Positions 24,394-32,148 of a stretch of 32,950 nt of DNA are shown here, one piece after another (the first letter of the stretch is position 1; each line of letters opens with the position of its first letter). The translations under genes were made by a program, and so were the position numbers. The notes beneath the pieces were generated by a model. It was not told the DNA's origin. It did no database searches and worked only from the letters and a program-made list of their open reading frames with translations. The DNA is taken from contig CAZEQG010000001.1 of NCBI GenBank assembly GCA_964514295.1, positions 1-32,950 on the forward strand, in the 5' to 3' direction. The stretch is from an uncultured Alphaproteobacteria bacterium. GTDB taxonomy: Bacteria; Pseudomonadota; Alphaproteobacteria; CAZEQG01.

Positions 24394-24425
24394 CGCGGCT
24401 TCTCCTTTTCGGTCCTTTGGTGATG

Positions 24426-24458
24426 AAAAGGGGCGGGGCCAGCGCCTGCTGACCCCGC
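24426..24458 (-). terminator. rho-independent terminator after the capsid/small-protein pair
   Basis: Minus-strand RNA reads GCGGGGUCAGC-AGGC-GCUGGCCCCGC, an 11-bp stem with one G.U pair and a tetraloop, followed by CCCUUUUCAUC. It starts 5 nt after the stop at 24463. The mismatch is a wobble only on the minus strand. Confidence 0.6.
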
Positions 24459-24462
24459 AGGC

Positions 24463-24777
24463 TCAGTTGTTGGTCTCGCGCCACGCGCACCAGCGGATCA
24501 CCTTGGCGGATTCGCTGATGTCGGTGCCGGCCGTGAAGCCGGGGCCGGCGGAAGACGAGCCGGCATAGGTCGAGATGCCGTTGTCCGCGTTGAGCACGGG
24601 GCCGGCATTGCCGATGATGGCGATCGACGTGCCGCTCGACATCCCGGTGATCCAGTAGTCGATCCGGTCGCCATCGGTGACGTTGATGCACTCCACGCGG
24701 CTGGGCAGCCAGCCGAGCGAGACGTTGACGGCAGCCCCGGTCCCCGTGAAGGAGCCGGTCGCGAAGCTGTTGGCCAT
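24463..24777 (-). CDS. small virion protein downstream of the major capsid gene
   Basis: 104 aa, Gly/Ser/Thr-rich, with an AAGGGA Shine-Dalgarno-like sequence upstream. Confidence 0.6.
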   Translation of the reverse strand: MANSFATGSFTGTGAAVNVSLGWLPSRVECINVTDGDRIDYWITGMSSGTSIAIIGNAGPVLNADNGISTYAGSSSAGPGFTAGTDISESAKVIRWCAWRETNN

Positions 24778-24801
24778 GTCTATGGATTCCCTTGGGTTTG
24801 C

Positions 24802-24833
24802 GGACCCGACCGGCAGCGCGGCCGGCCGGGTCC
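24802..24833 (-). promoter_or_regulatory. 13-bp GC-rich stem-loop without U-tract immediately 3' of the capsid gene (RNA stabiliser/attenuator candidate)
   Basis: GGACCCGACCGGC (24802-24814) pairs with GCCGGCCGGGTCC (24821-24833) at 12 of 13 positions across a 6-nt loop. It lies in the 66-nt gap after the capsid stop codon. Confidence 0.35.
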
Positions 24834-24843
24834 TGGGTCACGA

Positions 24844-25857
24844 TCAGGCGAGTTCGGTGACCGCGACCTCAAGTCGCGCCATCCAGGTGTCGTTCGTGAT
24901 CACGGCGTTGTAGCGGGCCTTCCAGCCGCAGGAGCCACGCTGCCCCAGCTCATCACCCGCCCTCGGCACCCCCGGATTCAAGACCTTGGGCTCGATCGCC
25001 CCATACCCCTTCAGGGGGGTGTGGGCAAAGGCGTCCATCCCCAGGTAGATGACCGGGAACACATCCGCGTAGGTGCCGCTGGTGCTCACCATCGCGGTGC
25101 CGGAACCGGCATAGGCGCCGCCCAGGTCGGGGTAGTAGTCGAGGTCGGGCGACAGGACGTAGCGCACGTCCTCGACCGCCCCGATCTCCTCCGGGCACAC
25201 GGGCTTGCGCGAGCCGTACTGCGCCACCGGCACGAACCCTGCCATGTTGCGGATGTCCGACTCGACATTGGTGTGGCCGATGGCGACATAGGCGGCCTCG
25301 ACAGGCCGCGTGTGGTTGTCGGGGCTGCTGTCCAGGATGTTGGTGATCTTCTTGGCCTTCATGCTCTTCAGGTAGCGCGTCACCGCGCGCTGCTTGGCCA
25401 GCGTGATCGGGGTGTTGATGTCCGACCGCGCAGCGCCGTTCGCCCGGAACACGGTCGAGCCGGCGCGCAGCACGCCCCAGCACACCGCCTCGGTGGTACG
25501 GGCCGCCTGTTCTCCGCACTGCCGCATCATGTCGCGCAGGACCGGGTCCTCGGCCATGTCCTGCACGACATCGGTGATCTCGAAGAAGGCGCCCCAGGAC
25601 TTCATCTGGAACGACACGTCCTCGTAGAGGAGTTTCTGTGCGGTGGGAGTCACGCCTTCGACAAGCGGGGTGGTCACGGCCGATGCCGGGATCACGCGCC
25701 GGAACTTGGCATTGTCAGCCTTGTTCTTCGGCAGCGGCCTCGACAGGCCGAACTTCGACAGGATCAGGACGGGTTCGGCGTGCTCCAGCGCCTCGACCAT
25801 CGCCCAGGTCGCGGTGCGCTGGTTGATGTCGCCATAGGTGGTGGTGTTCGCAACCAT
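24844..25857 (-). CDS. major capsid protein (HK97 fold; resembles the N4-gp56-type capsid family)
   Basis: 337 aa directly downstream of a scaffold-like gene. The N-terminal pattern ...RTATWAMVEALEHAEPVLILSKFGLSRPLPKNKADNAKFRRV...PLVEGVTP matches my memory of N4-gp56-family capsid proteins. Size and position are typical for a capsid gene. Confidence 0.8.
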   Translation of the reverse strand: MVANTTTYGDINQRTATWAMVEALEHAEPVLILSKFGLSRPLPKNKADNAKFRRVIPASAVTTPLVEGVTPTAQKLLYEDVSFQMKSWGAFFEITDVVQDMAEDPVLRDMMRQCGEQAARTTEAVCWGVLRAGSTVFRANGAARSDINTPITLAKQRAVTRYLKSMKAKKITNILDSSPDNHTRPVEAAYVAIGHTNVESDIRNMAGFVPVAQYGSRKPVCPEEIGAVEDVRYVLSPDLDYYPDLGGAYAGSGTAMVSTSGTYADVFPVIYLGMDAFAHTPLKGYGAIEPKVLNPGVPRAGDELGQRGSCGWKARYNAVITNDTWMARLEVAVTELA

Positions 25858-25874
25858 CGGAATAGCCTCTCAGG

Positions 25875-26828
25875 CTATGAGCTGGCGCTACGCAGCGCTG
25901 CGCGCCGGGCTACCTCCTGGCGCCAAAGGGCAGATGCCGTGTCGGGGCCTCCGGAACCGTTGCCGGTCGGGGCAGCCGCAGCCTTGCCGCTGATGGCGAC
26001 TGAGGTTTCCAGCTGCGCGGCGCGCTTGGTGGCGCCGGCGTCGGGTTTCACTGCAGCGCCCGCAGGCGCCGGACTCGGGGTGAGGCGGCCGTTGTGGAGC
26101 TTGTACAGGTCGAACACCTGGGCCAGTTCCTCGCCATCGTGGGATGTGTCCAGGATCTCGCTGAAGCGGGGATTCGCGGCCTTCCAGGCGGCGAATTCCG
26201 GGCTGCGATGGATCTCGGCCCAGTCACGGTGGCGGGTGGCGAGGTGCGCCAGTTGCTCCTGATCGTGCCTCTGTCGCCGTTCTTCGGCGAGAGCCTCGGC
26301 CGTGCTCGCGGTCTGCTGGAGGGTCTGCCGGGTCTCCTCGACGAGGTCGACCAGGCCGGACAGCTCCGGATAGTCCGCGCGGACCTTGGCAATGTCATCG
26401 TCGCTCATCGTCTTCTTCGGCTTAGGGGCGTCGCCCCGAGCCGCACGAAGCTCGTTGAGCAACCGTTCCTGGTTGGACAGCCGACCTGCAAGCGACCGGT
26501 TTGCCTGCACCAAGGAATCGTACTGTCGCTTCAGCGCAGGATCGACGCCCGCCCAGGGATCGGGCTTGGTGTCTGCCTGCTGCTGCGCCTTCTTGTCGGC
26601 GCCTTCCGTCTCCTGCTTTGACACCTCCGGTCCGGCTTCGGCCGTGTCGGCAGCAGCGGCGGGCGGGGCGGCCGGCTCGCTGCGAGCGGCGGCGGCGGTG
26701 CCATCGCGGGCCGTCCGGCGGGCGTCAACCTCCGCCCGGAACAGGCTGCCAGCGTCTTCTTCGGTCGCGCCTGCGGCCGGCGCAGCCTCTTCGGCCGGCG
26801 CCGATGCCTCCATCTGCGTCGTGGTCAT
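25875..26828 (-). CDS. scaffolding protein
   Basis: 317 aa, acidic and Ala/Glu/Gln-rich with long predicted helices and low complexity. It lies immediately upstream of the capsid gene, 17 nt away. Confidence 0.6.
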   Translation of the reverse strand: MTTTQMEASAPAEEAAPAAGATEEDAGSLFRAEVDARRTARDGTAAAARSEPAAPPAAAADTAEAGPEVSKQETEGADKKAQQQADTKPDPWAGVDPALKRQYDSLVQANRSLAGRLSNQERLLNELRAARGDAPKPKKTMSDDDIAKVRADYPELSGLVDLVEETRQTLQQTASTAEALAEERRQRHDQEQLAHLATRHRDWAEIHRSPEFAAWKAANPRFSEILDTSHDGEELAQVFDLYKLHNGRLTPSPAPAGAAVKPDAGATKRAAQLETSVAISGKAAAAPTGNGSGGPDTASALWRQEVARRAALRSASS

Positions 26829-26888
26829 CGGTTCTCCTGAAAGGGCGAGGGGCCTACCGCGCCGTGCGGGGCAGCCTCGCCAAGCCGG

Positions 26889-27143
26889 TCATCCGCCCGC
26901 GTCGATGCCGTAGCCGCGGGATGTCACGGCGAGGCTGGCGGCGATAAGGTCCTGGTCGGGCAGACGGATCAGTTCGTCGAGCAGCGCCACCCGGGCGCGC
27001 AGCGCCTCCGTGGCCACATGGTCAAGCCCAGGCTTCAGCGCGCGCTCGATGGCGCGGCCGCGTTCCGATGCCGCCCATTCAGAAATCGCGATCCAGGTCG
27101 CCGAGTGCCGCTCGATGCGGTCGCGCAAATGCTGCGCCGTCAT
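26889..27143 (-). CDS. hypothetical small phage protein
   Basis: 84 aa between the portal and scaffold genes, with G/C-biased third positions. Confidence 0.55.
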   Translation of the reverse strand: MTAQHLRDRIERHSATWIAISEWAASERGRAIERALKPGLDHVATEALRARVALLDELIRLPDQDLIAASLAVTSRGYGIDAGG

Positions 27144-27149
27144 TGCGTC

Positions 27150-27167
27150 TGAACCGGCGCCGGTTCA
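27150..27167. repeat. perfect 18-bp palindrome TGAACCGGCGCCGGTTCA
   Basis: Seen directly in the sequence. It overlaps the stop codon (27165-27167) of the 105-aa gene and lies 7 nt upstream of the start of the next gene. Confidence 0.9.
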
Positions 27168-27482
27168 GGCCAGTTCGGTGACGCCAAGTACGCCGTCGGC
27201 GGCCACCCGGATTGCCGCCAGCCGGGTGGCGCCGGGCGGAACCGCGACCAGGTACTCCCACAGCGCCGGCACCAGCAGGTCCGTGTTCGCGGCCTCGACC
27301 GTCTCGTCGCCGAAGGCGATGTAGCAGGCGGCCGTGCACACGATCCGCACAACCCTGGTCGTCTCGGCGAAGTCGGATGCCGTGCGCGCCGTGGTCGCGC
27401 TGGTTGCAACATTGTGTGTCTCACCGTGGCGGAACAGGCGCGGGATGATGTGGCCGGCCCCGTCGCGTATCTGCATCGTCAT
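27165..27482 (-). CDS. hypothetical small phage protein
   Basis: 105 aa directly downstream of the portal gene. Confidence 0.55.
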   Translation of the reverse strand: MTMQIRDGAGHIIPRLFRHGETHNVATSATTARTASDFAETTRVVRIVCTAACYIAFGDETVEAANTDLLVPALWEYLVAVPPGATRLAAIRVAADGVLGVTELA

Positions 27483-27494
27483 CGCCGCTCCCCC

Positions 27495-29714
27495 CTACAC
27501 GCTGCCACCGGCAGAGCGGCCGGTCGCATCGAGCGCCGCCATCTCGACGGCAAGCTTCCGCTCCGCGCTCGCGACCTCGCGCTCCTTGACGGCAAACATG
27601 GTCCTGAGCTTGTCCAGTTCGATGTTGCGCTTTTCGGCAAGCTCCATCATCGCCGTCTGGTAGCGCAGCTCCTCGATCCGCTCGGCGCTGTCCGCCCGCA
27701 TCTTGGCTATCGCCGCCTGGGTCTGCGCGCGCAGGGATTCCGGGTCCGGCTGCGGCGGTTGTGCGGCCCGCTCGGCAGCAGCCCGTTCTTCGGCCGCGCG
27801 CATCTCCGCATCGCTCATCACCACGTCGTCGGGCGACAGCATCATTGCCTTCGCAAGCTGGCGGGCCGCCGGCACGTCCTTCACAAAGGGCGCCAGCTTT
27901 GGGTTCTGCGCGGCAATCCCAAGGAAAGTCATGATGTTGCGGGCCTGGATGTCGCGCACCATCAGCACGCTCGACCCGCGCGCCTCGATCTCGGCATCGC
28001 CCTTGATGTCCTCGCGGGGGTTGTGCTGCATGTTCCAGTCGAACATGCGCTGGATGTTCGGCACGGTCATGTCGTCGTCCCAGTTCCGCACCGCGCCCCG
28101 AAACACCACATTGGCCGAGTTCATCAGCAGGCTCAGCCCCTCGGCCGTCTTGGTGACCTGCGCCCCACCCTCGCCCTGCGCGACCGGCGGCATGCTGGTC
28201 TCCGAGTCCGCAAAATCGCGCGCCATGGCGATGATGTTGGCCAGTTCCGCCTGTCGGAGGCCCACGTCCATGACCTCGATCGCAGGCCGGTTCGACGGCA
28301 CCGCGTCCATCCGGGTGACGAACAGCTTGCCTGCGTGCATGTCCCAGCGACCGTCGACCGGCTCGATCCTATCGCGATCCAGCACCTTCGGCGGGTTCGC
28401 GGCGATTGCGGCATTGTCCATCATCAGGCGCCACGCGGCGTTCATCACCGCCTGGCTGTCCCGCATGAGGTACGGGATGCCGAAGCCAAACAGGCTGCCG
28501 TCGTCGCGCTCGAAGTTGGCGACGCTGTAGACGGAGTCCCCGCTGTCGAGCGGGTGCGGCCCGAACTTCAGTACCCGGCCCTGCACGAACCACACGCACA
28601 CCCGATAGGCGTCGAGAGGATCGGCCTCCAGCATCCCAACCATGGCGGCCTTACGCTCCGGGTCCGCGATGCTAAGGGCCAGGCTCAGCATTTCCTCGGG
28701 TTCCAGCTCGCCGTGGTACTCCCAGACGCTGTAGCGCGCATCAAGCGCATGGACGTTCAGCGCCGTGATCTCGCGCAGCTGCTGGACATAGGTAGGCACG
28801 ATGTCAGGCTTGCCCGTCGTCAGCACCTCTTCCAGCGCCGCTCGGGAAAAGCCGGGCTTCTGCGCAAGGTCGCGCAGGTCCTTCGGGGTGAACAAATGGC
28901 GCTCGAAATCGAACGCGCGCTCCTCCGGCCGGATCGCCGTCATGTCCGGAAACCAGTTCCACGGATCGACGCGCACGAAGCTTGGCCTCGGGTCCTCGAC
29001 CGGGGCCGACTGCCAGCCACCTTCCTGGGCCGGCCGCCAGCGACGCTGCACGCGCCCTGTCAGCACAGGCCCTTTCATCACGCAGGTGCCCAACTTCACC
29101 ATGTCATGCAGCGCCCGCCGGCAGGCCGCGTTGTAGCCGCATTCGCGCAGCTGGTCGCGGATGACATCCTGCATGGCCTGTGCCGCGCGCTCGGCCTCCT
29201 CGACATTGCGGCGCAGTGCGGCCGCCTGCTCGGCCATCGGATCGAGCGACACGGCCAACTGCTCGGCTGCATCGGCCTGGCCGGCCCGCGCCATCGCATT
29301 CGCCCTTGCCAGCCCGTCGCGCATGGCGGCGCCGAGCCGCTCGGTCTGCGTCGACAGTTCCGGCACCGGGGTTGGGCGGATGGCCCAGTTGTCCTCGTCG
29401 GCCGGAAACAGCATGTCGCCAAGCCGTCGTTCCCACGCCAGCGTCATCGCCCGCGTCTCGTTCAGGAACACCCGGCTGCGCCCGCTGTCGGCAAGCGCCC
29501 GCTCGGTCTTCGGATCGTAGCGGCCGTGGTACTGCCGGACATCCTCGATCATCCGGTCTTCGACCATTTGGCGCTTGCTCGCCGTGTCCTGGGCAAGGCT
29601 GTCGAGCCTCTGCACCAGACCGTCGAGCCGCTCACGCAGCCGCGCATCGACCTCGGCGGGTGCAGCGGAAGCCGATACGGCGCCGTCCTCGCCCATGCGC
29701 GGCCGGTCTGCCAT
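27495..29714 (-). CDS. portal protein
   Basis: 739 aa from the ATG at 29714 (MADRPRMGEDG), overlapping the terL stop by 1 nt. It is the large protein immediately after terL and before the scaffold and capsid genes. The family is not verified. Confidence 0.7.
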   Translation of the reverse strand: MADRPRMGEDGAVSASAAPAEVDARLRERLDGLVQRLDSLAQDTASKRQMVEDRMIEDVRQYHGRYDPKTERALADSGRSRVFLNETRAMTLAWERRLGDMLFPADEDNWAIRPTPVPELSTQTERLGAAMRDGLARANAMARAGQADAAEQLAVSLDPMAEQAAALRRNVEEAERAAQAMQDVIRDQLRECGYNAACRRALHDMVKLGTCVMKGPVLTGRVQRRWRPAQEGGWQSAPVEDPRPSFVRVDPWNWFPDMTAIRPEERAFDFERHLFTPKDLRDLAQKPGFSRAALEEVLTTGKPDIVPTYVQQLREITALNVHALDARYSVWEYHGELEPEEMLSLALSIADPERKAAMVGMLEADPLDAYRVCVWFVQGRVLKFGPHPLDSGDSVYSVANFERDDGSLFGFGIPYLMRDSQAVMNAAWRLMMDNAAIAANPPKVLDRDRIEPVDGRWDMHAGKLFVTRMDAVPSNRPAIEVMDVGLRQAELANIIAMARDFADSETSMPPVAQGEGGAQVTKTAEGLSLLMNSANVVFRGAVRNWDDDMTVPNIQRMFDWNMQHNPREDIKGDAEIEARGSSVLMVRDIQARNIMTFLGIAAQNPKLAPFVKDVPAARQLAKAMMLSPDDVVMSDAEMRAAEERAAAERAAQPPQPDPESLRAQTQAAIAKMRADSAERIEELRYQTAMMELAEKRNIELDKLRTMFAVKEREVASAERKLAVEMAALDATGRSAGGSV

Positions 29715-31543
29715 CAATAGCCGCTCTTGGGGTCGGCCGGCAGGTGCTGCGCCGCGATCAGCGACGGTGCGCGGCTGCCCGCCACCGACGCTATCCGCAC
29801 GCCCTGCGTGACCATGTCTGCGAGGCACGACATCCAGCGCCCCTCCTCGATAGGCCGGCCCTGCTCGTCGCGCCGGTAGAGGCGATAGGCCGCCGCAAGC
29901 TCGGCACAGGTGGTCATGACCTTAAGGCGCCCTGTCGACAGGCGCTGCGTCACCGCATTGATCGTCGCCTCGGTGTCGACGGGGTGTGCCGTCGCCTGCG
30001 CCCGCAGCCCGAGGCTGCGATAGAGCACGTGGAGTCGCTCGCTGCCGTCATCAGTGCCGAAGGTGCCGGCCGATACCCCCCGCGCCGCCACGGCCGCCGC
30101 GTGAACGCTTGGCTCTGCCTGCCGGCGGCGGTGCTCGGTGTACACGTAGAGGCAGTCGATGGCCGGATCGAGAGCCCCCCAAAGCGCCCACACAGACTCT
30201 CCCACCACGCGCACCGCATAGACCCTCGGCCACCAGTTCGGGATGGCTTGCGGAGGCACTGCGATATCGTCCCAGTCCATGGTGTAGACCTGCCCCTGAC
30301 CCATGACCGGGAACATCTCCGTCATCGCCCACACCAGGGCGTCCACCCGGTCCGGGGACCCGTCGCCCTCGTAGCCGCCCGCCGTCATCAGCACCATCTG
30401 GGCTTCCAGCGCGTCGAACGCCCCGACGTGATGCACCTGGCCCGCCTCGTAGCGCGCCGCTATCGGCTCGGCCCGCACGTGCTTCCCGCGCGCCGCCCAC
30501 ACCATGCGGATCGGCAGGCCGGTGCGGATCGAATCCAGCGTGTGGCGCACCATCAGGCCGCCCTGATTGCGCTCGGCGACGATCAGGTCCGCCCCCCACC
30601 GGTCGTAGGCTTCGACCACGCCCGCCGCCCACTGGGCTGGCGTTCCCTTCATCGAGGCGTCCTCGAGCAGGTAGGCGTGGCCATTCGCGCCATGCCCGAC
30701 CACGACAATGCCGGTCTCATCGCCGCCGTCGCCGCCGCTCACAGCGGGATCGACGGCGACGACGATCCGCCCGAGGCTCACCGCATCGCGCCGACGGTGA
30801 CCGGCCATCATCGGATGATCGATCGCCTCCGCCGTCACGCGGTGGGCGTCAAGCACCGCCGCAGACCAGATCGCGCCGATCGCCTGAGGCTCGTAGGCGC
30901 CAAGCCAGATGTGCGCGTGCCGCACGGGATTGTGCAGCCGGTCATAGGCTTCGGCCTGCCGCAGTTCGTCCGGCAGCCAGGGGTTGTCGCTGTAGTTGGC
31001 CTCGATCACGATCGCGTTCTTCGGCCGGCTGGGGCCGCGCAGGAGCTGGTCGATCGGATCGCTCTCACGGCGCGGGTTCCAGCTCGCCCAGATCTCCGAG
31101 CCAGGCTTGCGGATCGTCGGGATCAGCATTTCCAGGCTGCGGCTCGATATCGTGTGCGCCTCTTCCAGCCACACCCCATCGAATCCTTCCAGAGACTTGA
31201 TTCCATCGGCCGAGTAATCGGTCATCCCACGAAAGATGATCACGCCGCCGCCGGGCGTCCTGATCTCTGACTGGACAATATCAAAGACGCCGCTCAGGCC
31301 AAGCAACCTGATCTTGTCTTCGATGAGCAGTTTGACGGACTCCTTTAGGTCCTTCTGGACCTCGCGGCCGCATGCCCATCGCAATCCCGGCTGCGCCACC
31401 GCCCGCGCGACCAGGAGCTGCGCAAAGGTGTGGCTCTTCCCCGAGCCGCGCCCGCCGTAGGCGCCCTTGAAGCGCGCGGGCTGCAGGAGTGGCAGGTACC
31501 GCCGCGCGATCTCAAGGCGCAGCGTGGGGCCGCCTCCGGTCAT
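29714..31543 (-). CDS. terL: terminase large subunit
   Basis: 609 aa from the ATG at 31543, which overlaps the terS stop (ATGA). The Walker A motif is YGGRGSGKSH, followed by an ATPase core, and the C-terminal half contains the acidic VAVDPAVSGGDGGDETGIVVVG block typical of the RNase H-like nuclease domain. The part of the track ORF upstream of 31543 is an Arg/Pro/Gly shadow overlapping terS. Confidence 0.9.
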   Translation of the reverse strand: MTGGGPTLRLEIARRYLPLLQPARFKGAYGGRGSGKSHTFAQLLVARAVAQPGLRWACGREVQKDLKESVKLLIEDKIRLLGLSGVFDIVQSEIRTPGGGVIIFRGMTDYSADGIKSLEGFDGVWLEEAHTISSRSLEMLIPTIRKPGSEIWASWNPRRESDPIDQLLRGPSRPKNAIVIEANYSDNPWLPDELRQAEAYDRLHNPVRHAHIWLGAYEPQAIGAIWSAAVLDAHRVTAEAIDHPMMAGHRRRDAVSLGRIVVAVDPAVSGGDGGDETGIVVVGHGANGHAYLLEDASMKGTPAQWAAGVVEAYDRWGADLIVAERNQGGLMVRHTLDSIRTGLPIRMVWAARGKHVRAEPIAARYEAGQVHHVGAFDALEAQMVLMTAGGYEGDGSPDRVDALVWAMTEMFPVMGQGQVYTMDWDDIAVPPQAIPNWWPRVYAVRVVGESVWALWGALDPAIDCLYVYTEHRRRQAEPSVHAAAVAARGVSAGTFGTDDGSERLHVLYRSLGLRAQATAHPVDTEATINAVTQRLSTGRLKVMTTCAELAAAYRLYRRDEQGRPIEEGRWMSCLADMVTQGVRIASVAGSRAPSLIAAQHLPADPKSGY

Positions 31544-31989
31544 GCCGCGTCGTCGCCGCGCTCCTGGGGATCGACGACGACCACCTCGATGCGGGTGTGC
31601 TGCTGGATCGGCCCGCCATCCGGCCCGCTGTGGCTGTGGTCGTAGCGCTCGCGGTACTTCTCGGGCCGGCGCGACCTCAGCAGGATTTCCAGCAGCCGAT
31701 CGGAATACTCCTGGACGTGGCCGACGACGACGCCCTTCTGGAACACCGGCTTGCGCACGCCCTCGACCGCCCGGCGCAGCGCTTCGTCCTCGATGCGGTC
31801 GGTGCCGGTCTCGACCGCCTCCTTCACCGCCCGGTCGAACTCCGGGTCCGCCTGCCGCCACGCCCAGAGGTTCTGGCGGCAGATGCCGCCGGCCTCGGCC
31901 GCCCTCGCGATAGACGCACCCTGCGCGATGGCGTCGAGGATGCGCTTCTTCCGCGCCGCCTTGGCGTCCTTGTCGACGGGCTTCGACAT
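31540..31989 (-). CDS. terS: terminase small subunit (HTH type)
   Basis: 149 aa with an N-terminal helix-turn-helix-like segment (ILDAIAQGASIARAAEAGGICRQNLWAWRQ) and the RLLEILLRSRRPEKY block common in phage small terminases. It is translationally coupled to terL. Confidence 0.8.
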   Translation of the reverse strand: MSKPVDKDAKAARKKRILDAIAQGASIARAAEAGGICRQNLWAWRQADPEFDRAVKEAVETGTDRIEDEALRRAVEGVRKPVFQKGVVVGHVQEYSDRLLEILLRSRRPEKYRERYDHSHSGPDGGPIQQHTRIEVVVVDPQERGDDAA

Positions 31990-32012
31990 GCTGCTGTGAC
32001 CTGCGTTCCGGC

Positions 32013-32047
32013 CACGAAAACGCCCCGCGCGACGGTGTCGGCGGGGC
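32013..32047 (-). terminator. rho-independent terminator between the repeat array and terS
   Basis: Minus-strand RNA reads GCCCCGC-CGAC-ACC-GUCG-C-GCGGGGC: a 7-bp all-GC stem plus a 4-bp extension, with one bulge and a triloop. It is followed by GUUUUCG and ends about 25 nt upstream of the terS ATG. Confidence 0.5.
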
Positions 32048-32148
32048 TCTGTGTGGCGCTATGGCGCTAGCGTAGCTAGCCGATGCCACTTTCCACACCG
32101 GATGTCAAGGGGGGGGTGATTGCCTGCGAGCGACCGGAAGCACTGCGA

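Noticed and set aside
457-31270. Long plus-strand ORFs in the track (for example 457-1878, 2676-4214, 4503-6155, 6903-8225, 10962-12362, 13075-14964, 15488-17422, 19281-20360, 21779-23212, 23239-24423, 25021-26262, 27414-29720, 29180-31270).
   Set aside because: Each lies antisense to a minus-strand gene with recognisable motifs or good coupling. Their translations are Arg/Gly/Pro/Ala/His-rich low-complexity strings typical of stop-poor shadow frames in high-GC DNA.
31501-31980. While hand-translating terL/terS, my base-by-base reading of these lines appeared one nucleotide out of register with three independent track ORFs. There seemed to be a missing G at 31501 and an extra C at 31980.
   Set aside because: The two discrepancies fall exactly on line boundaries, cancel each other out, and leave all flanking coordinates consistent. 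I treat this as a reading artefact rather than a real frameshift. The coordinates reported for terS and terL follow the ORF track.
32070-32095. A sigma54-type promoter (TGGCAT-N-..GC) on the minus strand upstream of terS.
   Set aside because: The GG-to-GC spacing is one nucleotide off the -24/-12 consensus, and the -12 element is weak.
31544-32098. The 185-codon N-terminal extension of the track ORF 29714-32098 (it would make terL 794 aa).
   Set aside because: The extension overlaps terS in another frame, is Arg/Gly/Pro-rich, and runs through the terminator. The ATG at 31543, overlapping the terS stop and followed by the Walker A region, is the plausible start.
32083-32122. A possible ninth, degenerate terminal repeat (CCGGATGTCAAGGGGGGGGTGATTG resembles the GGCGGCAGGGGTGTCTTATG half of the repeat).
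   Set aside because: Similarity is limited to the G-run/TG part. The hairpin half is absent, and the spacing to repeat 1 (about 26 nt) does not fit the 37-40 nt spacer length.
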